A stretch of 64,000 nt of DNA from an uncultured Clostridia bacterium (GTDB lineage: Bacteria > Bacillota > Clostridia > Christensenellales > UBA1242): the NCBI GenBank assembly GCA_934754355.1, contig CAKVID010000002.1:36404-100403 (forward strand). Reading direction: 5' to 3'. Under the pieces are notes generated by a model that did no database searches, was not told where the DNA came from, and worked only from the letters and a program-made list of their open reading frames with translations. The translations under genes were made by a program, and so were the position numbers. Shown here piece after piece: positions 1 to 10,093 of the stretch (position 1 is the stretch's first letter; every line of letters begins with the position of its first letter).

Positions 1-479
1 TCTTGTTCTCTTTTGGCAACTATATCTTCTTTATCTTCACATTTATTACAGAAACATGGGAATGCTCCGCCTTTGGAAACTAGATATTTTGCAAAAGCAT
101 TATAAATATCTATTCTTTTACTTTGAATATATGGGGCATATTTACCTTTTTCGCCATACTTGCCTCTATATCCCTCTGTAGGTTCTATACCAAATTTGCT
201 AAGAGTGTCATACAATGCTACTCCTGCGTCATCAATTTCCCTCTTCTGGTCAGTATCTTCTAGGCGCATATAAAATACGCTAGACTCTCCCCTTGTCAAC
301 ATCTCATGAAGCACGCATTGGAAAAGTCCTCCGATATGCAAGTATCCAGTAGGACTAGGTGCAAATCTAGTTACACAGGCACCTTTGAGAAGTGTTCTAC
401 TTGGATATTTCCCAAAGTAATAATTAATGTCGTTATCAACATTTGGATAAAGAATATTAGCCAATTTATTAAAGTCCAT
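1..479 (-). CDS. gltX: Glutamate--tRNA ligase, N-terminal portion (C-terminal part lies beyond window start)
   Basis: Minus-strand translation from ATG at 479-477 gives MDFNKLANILYPNVDNDINYYFGKYPSRTLLKGACVTRFAPSPTGYLHIGG..., the class I aaRS HIGH motif in GluRS context. A GAGGGA RBS lies upstream. The frame runs open to position 1. Confidence 0.85.
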   Translation of the reverse strand, partial: MDFNKLANILYPNVDNDINYYFGKYPSRTLLKGACVTRFAPSPTGYLHIGGLFQCVLHEMLTRGESSVFYMRLEDTDQKREIDDAGVALYDTLSKFGIEPTEGYRGKYGEKGKYAPYIQSKRIDIYNAFAKYLVSKGGAFPCFCNKCEDKEDIVAKREQ

Positions 480-509
480 ATTTTTCCCTCGTTTTACTAA
501 ATAATTAAA

Positions 510-1595
510 TCAAACCATCAATCCTAAATTAGTAACCAATTGAGAATAAGTATCCAAAATAAAGTTATCCATAAATTTAATGGTCGATTGTTTAGATTTG
601 GTTAATGTGCTTAGATAACTATCGAAATCCACACCTTGAACCAAATCGAATTTGTATTGTGTTATATTGTAAATATCTTCACTACTATATATTTGTTTGA
701 ATGTTTGTAATCTTTGATTAAATACTTCACATGAATATAAGTAATTATTTATAGTACTCATTACACTATTATAAGACGCACTACTTTCATCTAATCCTGC
801 TAAAATAGTATTTGACAAAGGTCTTACACTTTCCAAATCATGAACTAGTGCAAAATCATTAGTACTAGATACAATAGCCGTCATATCACTTATTCCCTTA
901 GAGCCTACAGAATAATCAAAAGCCTTGAAATTTGTTAAATATATTATATATGCAATATTTACATAAGATTTATCTATTCTATATTCCAAGTTGGTCGCAT
1001 TAATTAGATTATAATCTTTAATACAATATTTCTCATTAAGATTAATGAAATTAAATATAAAATTGAATGCCTTATCAATCACTTTATTCAATTCATAAGA
1101 ATAGTTAGTTAAATTAAATTCCATTACACTTGTAACACCATTTTGTGTAGCGTCACAGAATTTAATGTATTCTTTCTTAAAATCAGTAAGCGTTGAATTA
1201 AAACTTGCCAAATCTGAATAAAGAGAATTCATCTCTTTTTTATTTATTTTTGCACTAAAAATTTCTTTGTAAAAATTCTCGTTATTTTCTTCGTAATAAT
1301 TAAAGATATAATCCAATATTTTCTGTTGGTAACCAATTACAATATACTTCTTCTGAAGTTTGGTAACTGGAGTTGTATTATTGATTGCGCCATCAACATC
1401 GCTTGAATATTTAATAGTTAAACTATTAGGTCTAGCACTATCGCCAAAAAATTTATTATCTTCATCTATTACACATACTTGTGTTGTCTGCTCATATAAT
1501 TTTTTCACATCTTCATAAGATTTGTCACTATTACAAGCACACAAAAATATTATTGCTACAAGAGGTAATATTAGTAAACTAAAAATTTTTTTCAT
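510..1595 (-). CDS. Hypothetical secreted/lipoprotein (signal peptide with Cys lipobox-like LCAC), N/Y/K-rich
   Basis: 361-aa ORF. N-terminus MKKIFSLLILPLVAIIFLCACNSD is a signal peptide plus lipobox. No recognisable catalytic motif. A C-terminal stretch resembles the neighbouring 331-aa protein, so the two are probably paralogs. Confidence 0.5.
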   Translation of the reverse strand: MKKIFSLLILPLVAIIFLCACNSDKSYEDVKKLYEQTTQVCVIDEDNKFFGDSARPNSLTIKYSSDVDGAINNTTPVTKLQKKYIVIGYQQKILDYIFNYYEENNENFYKEIFSAKINKKEMNSLYSDLASFNSTLTDFKKEYIKFCDATQNGVTSVMEFNLTNYSYELNKVIDKAFNFIFNFINLNEKYCIKDYNLINATNLEYRIDKSYVNIAYIIYLTNFKAFDYSVGSKGISDMTAIVSSTNDFALVHDLESVRPLSNTILAGLDESSASYNSVMSTINNYLYSCEVFNQRLQTFKQIYSSEDIYNITQYKFDLVQGVDFDSYLSTLTKSKQSTIKFMDNFILDTYSQLVTNLGLMV

Positions 1596-1610
1596 ACACT
1601 ACTCCCCCTT

Positions 1611-2606
1611 CTAATATCCCAAAACATTCAAAACGAATACTAATGAATTCTGTGCTTCTTGTCTGATATCGCTTAAATCTTTGCCGTCCGCCATCTTTGT
1701 TTTGCCTAGATTATGTTTATTTAATGCTTTGTCTAATTCTGACACATAGTTATTGAATAATGTATTGTAATTAATCAAGAAATTATATTCATCGTACTCT
1801 GGTGTAAATATATTCTGATATTTATTAACTTTGATATATCTATCCAAAATTAAGTGCAAATCATGAGCAAAGAATGCTTCTTCTTTCTCTTTCTCTTCAC
1901 TTGAAGAAACTCTCAAACTTCTAGCATAACTATCTATCAATGCTAATTTAGTATCAAATTTGATTTCGCCATAGTTAGATTTAATTATATTAAACATATT
2001 AATGATTAAATTCGCACCATTATTTAAACATCTTCTATATTTAGTTCTTACACTCTTATAATTACCAAGCAAAACTGTCATCTCTACCTCATTGCCATCA
2101 ATACTTTTCTGGCAAGCATTCAAGTTATCTATTGCCTGACTTAATTCATTTAAGTTATTTCTATAAGTATTTGCTGTGCTTTTAATTGCTTTATTTAGAT
2201 TATCATTGCCATTACTATTCTTAATATAAGGCATTAAGAAATTAATCATTTCGTCTAAATACTTATCCATTACAATATAACTATCAAAGTAACAAGTAAC
2301 AACTCCGCCATCATCGTATGTTCTAATGATGTTATTAGATAGCATTATTTCTCTAAGGCTTAGTATTTCTTTGTTAGTATCATTACTGCTTAGTATTACA
2401 TTTGCTTCGTCATCTTTTAGATAATTAAATTTTTGAAGTTCTTTAAGTTTCTCTTTAACACCAAAACCTTCTTTATATTCAACCAATTCACAAGTTCTAT
2501 TATACGCCATTACTTCATCTTTCTCTTTAAAGAAGAAAGCCCATATACCAAAGGCTATAACACCTACTACACATAAAGCAACTATTATCTTTACCCAAAA
2601 TTTCAT
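1611..2606 (-). CDS. Hypothetical membrane-anchored protein (paralog-like of 510..1595)
   Basis: 331-aa ORF with an N-terminal TM helix (IIVALCVVGVIAFGIWAFFF). N/K/Y-rich. Shows local similarity to the adjacent ORF (NIIKSNYGEIKFD...LIDSY vs NFINLNEKYCIKDY...RIDKSY). Confidence 0.45.
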   Translation of the reverse strand: MKFWVKIIVALCVVGVIAFGIWAFFFKEKDEVMAYNRTCELVEYKEGFGVKEKLKELQKFNYLKDDEANVILSSNDTNKEILSLREIMLSNNIIRTYDDGGVVTCYFDSYIVMDKYLDEMINFLMPYIKNSNGNDNLNKAIKSTANTYRNNLNELSQAIDNLNACQKSIDGNEVEMTVLLGNYKSVRTKYRRCLNNGANLIINMFNIIKSNYGEIKFDTKLALIDSYARSLRVSSSEEKEKEEAFFAHDLHLILDRYIKVNKYQNIFTPEYDEYNFLINYNTLFNNYVSELDKALNKHNLGKTKMADGKDLSDIRQEAQNSLVFVLNVLGY

Positions 2607-2671
2607 AAATTCCCTCTTAACTCTATATTTAGAATATCAAATAATCAATAAATCGTCAATCAATTGCATAT

Positions 2672-3406
2672 TTAGTATTCAACATTTTTAAGCACAAGAC
2701 TATGAGATGGCATTGTTTTACCCGCTTTGTTTCGGTCTTTTGCATTAATTATTGTAATTATATCATTGCTACTTATTTTATTTAATCCAATTGCAACTAG
2801 AGTACCCATTATAATTCTTACCATATTATATAAGAAACCATTACCGCATATTTCTAGTCTATATAGATTATTATCCACCTCTAATATTTGACATGAGTAA
2901 ATAGTTCTTACCTTATCTTTCACATCTGTATTACTTGCACAGAAACTCGTAAAGTCATGAGTACCTTCAATATATTTACACCCCTCTATCATTGCTTTTA
3001 CATTCAAGTCTTTGGCAATATGTATAGCAAATTGATTATAAAAAGCATTCTCCATGCCTATGTAAAAATAATATTCATAAGTTTTTCTCTTAGCAGAGTA
3101 TCTAGCATGAAAATCATTAGTTATTGGTGACAATTCAAGAATTCTAATATCTTCTGGCAAAATAGAATTTGCATAACTTAGAGTTCGATGGCAATTAAGT
3201 TCTATGTTACAATCGAAATGACACACTTGACAAATTGCAGACACCCCAGCATCTGTTCTACCGCTTGCCACTACCTTAATATCTTCTTTGCAAACTTCCA
3301 TTAGTGCTTTCTCTAGATATTTTTGAATAGTAGATTTATCTTTTTGTATTTGGAAGCCACTGTAATTTTTGCCATCATAACTAATTTTTAGAATATATCT
3401 AAACAT
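2672..3406 (-). CDS. truA: tRNA pseudouridine(38-40) synthase TruA
   Basis: 244 aa starting MFRYILKISYDGKNYSGFQIQ, with the TruA catalytic Asp motif GRTDAGVSA. Confidence 0.85.
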   Translation of the reverse strand: MFRYILKISYDGKNYSGFQIQKDKSTIQKYLEKALMEVCKEDIKVVASGRTDAGVSAICQVCHFDCNIELNCHRTLSYANSILPEDIRILELSPITNDFHARYSAKRKTYEYYFYIGMENAFYNQFAIHIAKDLNVKAMIEGCKYIEGTHDFTSFCASNTDVKDKVRTIYSCQILEVDNNLYRLEICGNGFLYNMVRIIMGTLVAIGLNKISSNDIITIINAKDRNKAGKTMPSHSLVLKNVEY

Positions 3407-3576
3407 TTAGATTTCCTTCTTTTTGTATTTAATTATGATTAATTTTAATATATTTATCAAAAATATTCAATTGTTTATCATCAACTTACTTTAATATAAA
3501 GTAATTATTTGACTATTTGCACATCTTAGTATAAAATAAATTTTGTAAAACTATATGTTTTGAAGGAGATACTAAA

Positions 3577-6500
3577 TTGAAAAAGATAACTATTGACGGA
3601 AATACCGCCGCCGCAACCATTGCTTATCAAATGAGCGAGGTTGCAACAATCTATCCTATTACTCCTAGTAGTACTATGGCTGAATTATGTGATAGTTGGG
3701 CAAGCGACAACAAGACCAATATTTTTGGACACAAAGTAAAAGTTGTAGAAATGCAATCTGAAGGTGGTGCTAGTGGTGCATTACACGGAAGTTTATGTTC
3801 TGGTGCTCTTACTACTACATTTACTGCTAGCCAAGGCTTACTACTTATGATACCTAATATGTACAAGATTGCTGGCGAATTAACACCTTGTGTAATGCAT
3901 GTAAGTGCAAGAGCGCTTGCTACTCATGCTTTATCTATATTTGGAGATCACTCCGATGTAATGAGTGTTAGACAAACTGGTTGGGCTATGCTTTGTTCGG
4001 GAAGTGTACAAGAAGCAATGGATTTGGCTCTTGTTGCACACCTATCTACCCTACAAGCAAGTGTTCCATTTGTTCATTTCTTTGATGGATTTAGAACAAG
4101 CCATGAGATTAATACTATTGAAGAGATTGATATTGAATCTATCAAACACTTAGTTCCTTATGACAAAATTCAAGAATTCAAGAGTCGTGCTCTTAATTCT
4201 AATAATCCTCATCAACAAGGAACTGCTCAGAACCCAGATATTTACTTCCAAAATAGAGAGACTGCAAATTCTTTCTATGATAAAACTCCCGCTATCGTTC
4301 AAGATTATATGGATAAAGTTGGCAAGATTACTGGTAGAAAATATCATCTATTTGATTATTATGGTGCAGAAGACGCAGAAAATATTATCGTAATTATGGG
4401 AAGCGGTGCGACCACTACCGAAGAGACTGTTAAATACTTGAATGAAAAATGCGGTCAGAAAGTTGGCGTTGTAGTTGTTAGACTATATAGACCTTTTGAT
4501 ACTAATGCATTTGTAAATGCACTACCTAAGAGTGTTAAAAATATCGCTGTTCTAGATAGAACCAAAGAACCTGGTGCAAATGGAGAACCTCTATACAAAG
4601 ATGTTGTTTGTGCTTTGGCAGAACATAATATTCATGCTTCTGTAATTGGTGGCAGATATGGTCTAGGCTCTAAAGAATTTACACCTACAATGGTTAATGC
4701 TGTATATGATAATTTATCTTCTCAATCTCCAAAAAACCACTTCACTGTTGGTATTAATGATGATTTGACCAATACTAGCCTTCCACTTATTCACAAAATA
4801 TTTCCTAGTGACGAGAGCGTTACTGCTTGTAAGTTCTATGGCTTTGGTGGAGATGGTACTGTAAGTGCAAACAAGAGTTCAATTAAGATAATTGGTAATA
4901 ACACTGACCTTAATGGACAAGCATATTTTGAATATGATAGCAAAAAAAGTGGCAGTGCTACAATTAGTCATCTAAGATTTGGCAAAAATAAAATTAATGA
5001 AGCATATCTACTTGATAATATCGACTTTGTAGCAGTTCACAAAGAAACATATGTAAGTAAGTACAATCTAATGAATAATGTCAAAGAAAATGGTACATTA
5101 CTTCTTAATACTGGTTGGACTTTGGAAGATTTGGATACAATGCTTCCAAATAGAATGAAGAAAGAAATAGCACAGAAGCATATCAAATTCTACACTATTG
5201 ATGCAGATAGAATTGCTGGAGAAATTGGTCTTGGCAACAAAATTAACTTAGTTATGCAATCAGCATTCTTCAAATTAATCAATATTATCCCTATTGAAAC
5301 TGCAGTAAACGAAATGAAAAAATATGCTGAAAAGAGTTATGGAAGCAAAGGTCAAGCAATACTTGATATGAACTTCAAAGCAATTGATAGCGGTGTTAAT
5401 AATATTGTAGAGGTTAATTACCCAGAAACTTGGGCAACTCTACCTGAAGTAGAAGAAGTATTTGATAATAATTCTGAACAAGAATACTATCAAAAGATTA
5501 TCAAACCTATTTCTAGACTTGAAGGTAATGATTTACCTGTATCTGCTTTCGACCCAAGAGGTATAGTTCCTACTAATACAGCAAAATTGGAAAAGAGAGG
5601 CGTTGCAACCCACCTACCTTGTTGGAATAGTGAGAAATGTATTCAATGTAATATGTGTGCATTTGTTTGCCCTCATGCTGCAATTAGACCACATTTAGTC
5701 AAAGAAGAGAACTTAACAAATGCCCCTGCAGACCTAAAAACTGCTAATGCAATGGGCGAGAAAGATTTAAAATTTGTAATGCAAGTAAGTAGCAAAGACT
5801 GTACTGGTTGTGGTGTTTGTGCAAGCGTTTGCCCTGCTAAAGAGAAAGCGATTGTAATGACTGACGCAACTAAACTTATGGAAAGCGAGAATAAAAATTA
5901 CGAATTTATCAACTCTATCCCTAGCGAACAAAGTGGAGTATTTAAGCCAAATACAGTTAAAGGCAGTCAATATAGACTTCCATACTTTGAATTTAGTGGA
6001 GCGTGTGCAGGTTGTGGCGAAACCCCTTACCTTAAAGTTATTAGCCAAATGTTTGGCGATAGAATGATAATTGCTAATGCAACCGGTTGTAGTAGTATAT
6101 ATGGTGGTTCTTCTCCTACTTGTCCTTATGTTAAAGATGACAATGGTCATGGAATAGCATGGGCTAATAGTTTGTTTGAAGACAATGCCGAATTTGGTTA
6201 TGGAATTGAAATCGGACATTTAATTCAACAAGATAACTTGAAAGCAAATCTTAATAAGATTTATGATAAGAATTTAGACGAACAATTAAATGAAGATATT
6301 GAAGAATATCTATCTTGTGATAATGTAAATCGTCAAAGAGAACTTGCAGACAGCATCACAAATAAATTATCTAATATTGATGTAGAAGATGAACTTAAAT
6401 GCATTAAGCACGCAATTCTAGCCGACAAAAACAACTTCTCTAATCAATCTGTTTGGATTGTTGGTGGAGATGGCTGGGCTTATGATATTGGATACGGCGG

Positions 6501-7095
6501 TTTGGATCATGTACTTGCTAGCGGAGAGAATATTAATATCCTAGTACTAGATACCGAAGTATATAGTAATACTGGTGGTCAAGCAAGCAAATCCACTCCT
6601 ATGGGTGCAATTGCTAAATTTGCAAGTGAAGGCAAGAGAACTAATAAGAAAGACTTGGGAATGATTGCTACACAATACAAAAATGTATATGTTGCTAAAG
6701 TTGCAATGGGTGCAGATATGAACCAATTTATGAAAGCAATTGAAGAAGCAGAAAGTTATAACGGAGTATCTCTAATTATTGCTTATGCACCTTGTATTAA
6801 CCATGGAATTAAAATGGAAAATAGCCAATTAGAAGAGAAAAAGGCTGTTCAAAGCGGTTACTGGCATCTATATAGATACAATCCACTACTTAAAGAACAA
6901 GGCAAAAATCCATTCATACTAGATAGCAAAGAACCTACTCTTGATTATGAGGACTTCCTAAAAGGCGAGACAAGATACAAAGCATTAATTGCTAAAGACC
7001 AAGAATTGGCAGAAGAATTATTCTCTCAAGCAAAACAAAATGCAATTGATACTTATAATCATTACAAATTGCTAGCCGAGAAAAATGATTTTTAA
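3577..7095 (+). CDS. nifJ: Pyruvate:ferredoxin (flavodoxin) oxidoreductase, single-polypeptide PFOR/NifJ type
   Basis: 1172 aa. N-terminus MKKITIDGNTAAATIAYQMSEVATIYPITPSS. Two 4Fe-4S ferredoxin motifs (CIQCNMCAFVCP, CTGCGVCASVCP). TPP domain with GGDGW. TTG start with GAAGGAG RBS 9 nt upstream. Confidence 0.95.
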   Translation: MKKITIDGNTAAATIAYQMSEVATIYPITPSSTMAELCDSWASDNKTNIFGHKVKVVEMQSEGGASGALHGSLCSGALTTTFTASQGLLLMIPNMYKIAGELTPCVMHVSARALATHALSIFGDHSDVMSVRQTGWAMLCSGSVQEAMDLALVAHLSTLQASVPFVHFFDGFRTSHEINTIEEIDIESIKHLVPYDKIQEFKSRALNSNNPHQQGTAQNPDIYFQNRETANSFYDKTPAIVQDYMDKVGKITGRKYHLFDYYGAEDAENIIVIMGSGATTTEETVKYLNEKCGQKVGVVVVRLYRPFDTNAFVNALPKSVKNIAVLDRTKEPGANGEPLYKDVVCALAEHNIHASVIGGRYGLGSKEFTPTMVNAVYDNLSSQSPKNHFTVGINDDLTNTSLPLIHKIFPSDESVTACKFYGFGGDGTVSANKSSIKIIGNNTDLNGQAYFEYDSKKSGSATISHLRFGKNKINEAYLLDNIDFVAVHKETYVSKYNLMNNVKENGTLLLNTGWTLEDLDTMLPNRMKKEIAQKHIKFYTIDADRIAGEIGLGNKINLVMQSAFFKLINIIPIETAVNEMKKYAEKSYGSKGQAILDMNFKAIDSGVNNIVEVNYPETWATLPEVEEVFDNNSEQEYYQKIIKPISRLEGNDLPVSAFDPRGIVPTNTAKLEKRGVATHLPCWNSEKCIQCNMCAFVCPHAAIRPHLVKEENLTNAPADLKTANAMGEKDLKFVMQVSSKDCTGCGVCASVCPAKEKAIVMTDATKLMESENKNYEFINSIPSEQSGVFKPNTVKGSQYRLPYFEFSGACAGCGETPYLKVISQMFGDRMIIANATGCSSIYGGSSPTCPYVKDDNGHGIAWANSLFEDNAEFGYGIEIGHLIQQDNLKANLNKIYDKNLDEQLNEDIEEYLSCDNVNRQRELADSITNKLSNIDVEDELKCIKHAILADKNNFSNQSVWIVGGDGWAYDIGYGGLDHVLASGENINILVLDTEVYSNTGGQASKSTPMGAIAKFASEGKRTNKKDLGMIATQYKNVYVAKVAMGADMNQFMKAIEEAESYNGVSLIIAYAPCINHGIKMENSQLEEKKAVQSGYWHLYRYNPLLKEQGKNPFILDSKEPTLDYEDFLKGETRYKALIAKDQELAEELFSQAKQNAIDTYNHYKLLAEKNDF

Positions 7096-7140
7096 TATTA
7101 AAATCACATATTAATTTTATATTTAAAGTATAAAAAGAAA

Positions 7141-7167
7141 AAAGCACCATAACTGGTGCTTTTTTTG
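7141..7167 (+). terminator. Rho-independent terminator after PFOR
   Basis: Hairpin AGCACCA-TAACT-GGTGCT followed by TTTTTTT. Confidence 0.55.
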
Positions 7168-7401
7168 AGATGTGAAATATAAAACAACACAATCCCGCAA
7201 TCTAATAAAAGATTGTCAAATAAGGGAATCGCAAAACCTGAAGTACAATCATAGCATTGCTACCCAAAAAGTATAATGTTGACATATAGCAATATACTAT
7301 ATGTTCATTACAATAGTATGTTGTATAATTTAAGAATTTTTATTCGTGGATATTTTTAATTTATTTTATCCAAATTTTTCTAATTAATAATTATAGAAAT
7401 C

Positions 7402-9402
7402 TTAAAACATAGATAATTTTTTATCTCTATTTCTTCGTATAATACTTGCTATTTCTTTAGATACATTATCAGCAGTTAAACCAAATTTATTGTACAAATC
7501 TACTGGGCTAGCACTTGCTCCAAATTGATCTACACCAAAGCATTTACCGTATTTGCCAACATACTTATACCAACCACTTGTACTACCCGCTTCAATTGAG
7601 AATACCGATTTTAGATTATCTGGAATAATACTATTTCTGTATTTATCTGTTTGTTCGTCAAATAATTCTAAACATGGCATAGATACAACTCTTATATTAT
7701 AACCCTTGTCTTCAAGTATTTTTTTGGTATCAAGTGCCAAACTTACTTCACTACCAGTAGCAAGAATAACACCATTCAACTCGCCCTTATCCTCTCTAGA
7801 TACAATATATCCACCAAATTTGATATCTTCTAATTTGTTTTCAAAATTAACAAGTGTTTGTCTAGAAAGAATGATATTGCTTGGTTTATTTGCTTGAAGT
7901 GCCACATTCATACAGCCTTCTACTTCATTCAAATTTGCTGGACGGAAAGTATACATATTAGGAATATTTCTAACAGCCCATAATTGTTCACAAGGTTGAT
8001 GTGTTGGTCCATCTTCTCCTACAGCGATACTATCGTGAGTGAAGATAGAGATTGCTTTAAGACTCATTATTGCCCTTACTCTTAGTGCTGATTTCATATA
8101 ATCACTGAAAGACAAAAAAGTACTATCAATTGGAAGCAAACCTCCGCCATATAATGCTAGACCATTGCTTATACAACCCATTGCAAATTCTCTAATACCT
8201 ACCTTTAAATTTCTATTAGAGAAATTATCATTTATTGCCCCAGATGCTGAGTATTTTACTTTTGTAGAAGAACTTAAGTCTGCCGAAGAACAAATGATAT
8301 TGTGATATGCTTGACACAATTCTTGAAGTGCAATATTTCCCAAATCTCTACCAGAATAGTCTTTTAGAATTTCAATCTCATTCAAGAATACTTGTGAATT
8401 ACTAAAATCTTGCTTGATAAATTTATTTAGTAATTTATAATCTCCGGGATAAGCCCTACTATATACTTTTAGTTTTTCTTTGCTAGATTTTTTGAATTGG
8501 TCAAATCTTTTCCTTAAGAATACAAAATCCCTTGCTACATCTGTTTCTAATTCAAATGGTGCGGTATTTACTTCTAATTTTTCTCTTAATAATTTAACAT
8601 TATCTGCACCCAATACTTGACCATGCGACTTATTACTGCCCTCGTATACACTTCCAAAGCCAATTTTGGTATTAATCTGAATAAATGTTGGCTTATCCTT
8701 ACTTTGTTTTGCTAACATCATTGCCCCTACAATTTGATCAACATCATTGCCGTCATTTACTTCAATTGTATTGAAACCTATGCTCTGCATATAAGCAAGT
8801 GTATTTTGTCCCATTACGCCCGAAATATCGCTATCTAGCGTTACTTTATTACAATCGTACAACACAATTAGTTTATTCAATTTAAGTGTTCCTGCCAAAC
8901 TTAGAGCCTCGTAACTAACCCCCTCCATCAAACAGCCTTCGCCCACTAAAGTATAGGTGTAATTATCAAATAGCGTTAAATCTGGTTTATTGAATTTATT
9001 AGCCATTAATTTCTCGGCAATGGCTAGTCCAACAGCAGTAGCAACTCCCTGACCTAGAGGGCCAGTTGAGGCATCTATTCCCGGTGTTACATTAATTTCT
9101 GGATGTCCGGGTGTAATACTGTCTAACTTTCTAAATGCTTTCAAATCTTCCATTGATATTTTATAACCGAAAGCGTGTAAAGTAGCATAAAGAATACTAC
9201 TTCCATGTCCTGCCGACATTACAAATCTATCTCTAAATAGATTAAGTGGGTCTTCTGGATTAACATTAATAATCTTGGAATAAAGAGCATAAAGAATTGG
9301 TGCAGCGTCAAGAGCAATACCTGGGTGTCCACTCTTTGCATTTTCTATCATATCAATAGCAAGTATTCTCAAATTATTAACATTTTTATTATCCATTTTC
9401 AT
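7402..9402 (-). CDS. tkt: Transketolase
   Basis: TPP-binding GHPG and GEGC motifs. Full-length single-chain transketolase. Start most likely at the internal MKMDNKN Met (ATG at 9402), which has a GAAGGA RBS 8 nt upstream. The ORF track extends to 9435. Confidence 0.9.
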   Translation of the reverse strand: MKMDNKNVNNLRILAIDMIENAKSGHPGIALDAAPILYALYSKIINVNPEDPLNLFRDRFVMSAGHGSSILYATLHAFGYKISMEDLKAFRKLDSITPGHPEINVTPGIDASTGPLGQGVATAVGLAIAEKLMANKFNKPDLTLFDNYTYTLVGEGCLMEGVSYEALSLAGTLKLNKLIVLYDCNKVTLDSDISGVMGQNTLAYMQSIGFNTIEVNDGNDVDQIVGAMMLAKQSKDKPTFIQINTKIGFGSVYEGSNKSHGQVLGADNVKLLREKLEVNTAPFELETDVARDFVFLRKRFDQFKKSSKEKLKVYSRAYPGDYKLLNKFIKQDFSNSQVFLNEIEILKDYSGRDLGNIALQELCQAYHNIICSSADLSSSTKVKYSASGAINDNFSNRNLKVGIREFAMGCISNGLALYGGGLLPIDSTFLSFSDYMKSALRVRAIMSLKAISIFTHDSIAVGEDGPTHQPCEQLWAVRNIPNMYTFRPANLNEVEGCMNVALQANKPSNIILSRQTLVNFENKLEDIKFGGYIVSREDKGELNGVILATGSEVSLALDTKKILEDKGYNIRVVSMPCLELFDEQTDKYRNSIIPDNLKSVFSIEAGSTSGWYKYVGKYGKCFGVDQFGASASPVDLYNKFGLTADNVSKEIASIIRRNRDKKLSMF

Positions 9403-9415
9403 ATTTTCATTCCTT

Positions 9416-9955
9416 CTATTTTTCGTAATATCCAAGTAATTTTTGCATAATCAGACCCAGTAATTCTTCGCCTTCGATATCTTTACAATCAACTACTATA
9501 TCTGCCTTTTTGCTACAAATAAAGTCTCTATCTTTGAATAAATCAATATTTAGGCTTTTTGCACTATCCGACATGCGTTCTTCTAATATTTCTTTTTTAT
9601 ATCTATTCAAACTTAGTTTGAGGTAGATTATTAAACAATTTTCTTTAATAAATTTATAATTGGTTTCAGTGTTTAGCAATTGATATTCAATATTTATAAT
9701 TGTATTTTCATATGTGCAAATTCTTTTTAAGATTGCTGTTTCTTTTCTTTCTAAGTAATCTTTGCCACACATCTCTTCCATTCTACTAATATCAAACAGT
9801 TCAAATTGTATTATTTCGCTTGCATTCGCATAAAACATATCCAATTTTTTAGATAACTCTAATGCATTTTTATCTACAAATTGATTTGATAAACCAACTA
9901 AGCAAATGTTTGCTTTTGGCATAGACACCCCCTTTAAGATTGCTGATATTTTCAA
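9416..9955 (-). CDS. Shikimate-kinase-fold protein with degenerate P-loop (pseudokinase-like)
   Basis: 179 aa. Collinear with AroK (NICLVG...LSKKLDMFYANASEII...ENCLIIYL), but Walker A GxxGxGKST is replaced by GLSNQFVDKN and the GGG shikimate-binding motif is lost. Its stop codon TAG overlaps the tkt RBS. Confidence 0.4.
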   Translation of the reverse strand: MKISAILKGVSMPKANICLVGLSNQFVDKNALELSKKLDMFYANASEIIQFELFDISRMEEMCGKDYLERKETAILKRICTYENTIINIEYQLLNTETNYKFIKENCLIIYLKLSLNRYKKEILEERMSDSAKSLNIDLFKDRDFICSKKADIVVDCKDIEGEELLGLIMQKLLGYYEK

Positions 9956-10093
9956 AATAATTGCTAAAAATCTTGAAACAATCTACATTATTTAATACTG
10001 TAATTAAAATCAAAAAAGCAACAATCTCTAAAGATAATTTTACAATAATTTTACAACTTTTACAATAATATTTGGTAAAATAATTGCAAAAAT

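Noticed and set aside
306-500. 64-aa plus-strand ORF
   Set aside because: Lies entirely antisense to the well-supported gltX N-terminus (HIGH motif on the minus strand), so it is spurious.
10030-10075. Short direct repeats TTTTACAATAAT in the intergenic region upstream of the MBL gene
   Set aside because: Only two to three imperfect copies of an AT-rich 12-mer. This is expected by chance in 30% GC DNA and is probably ordinary promoter sequence.
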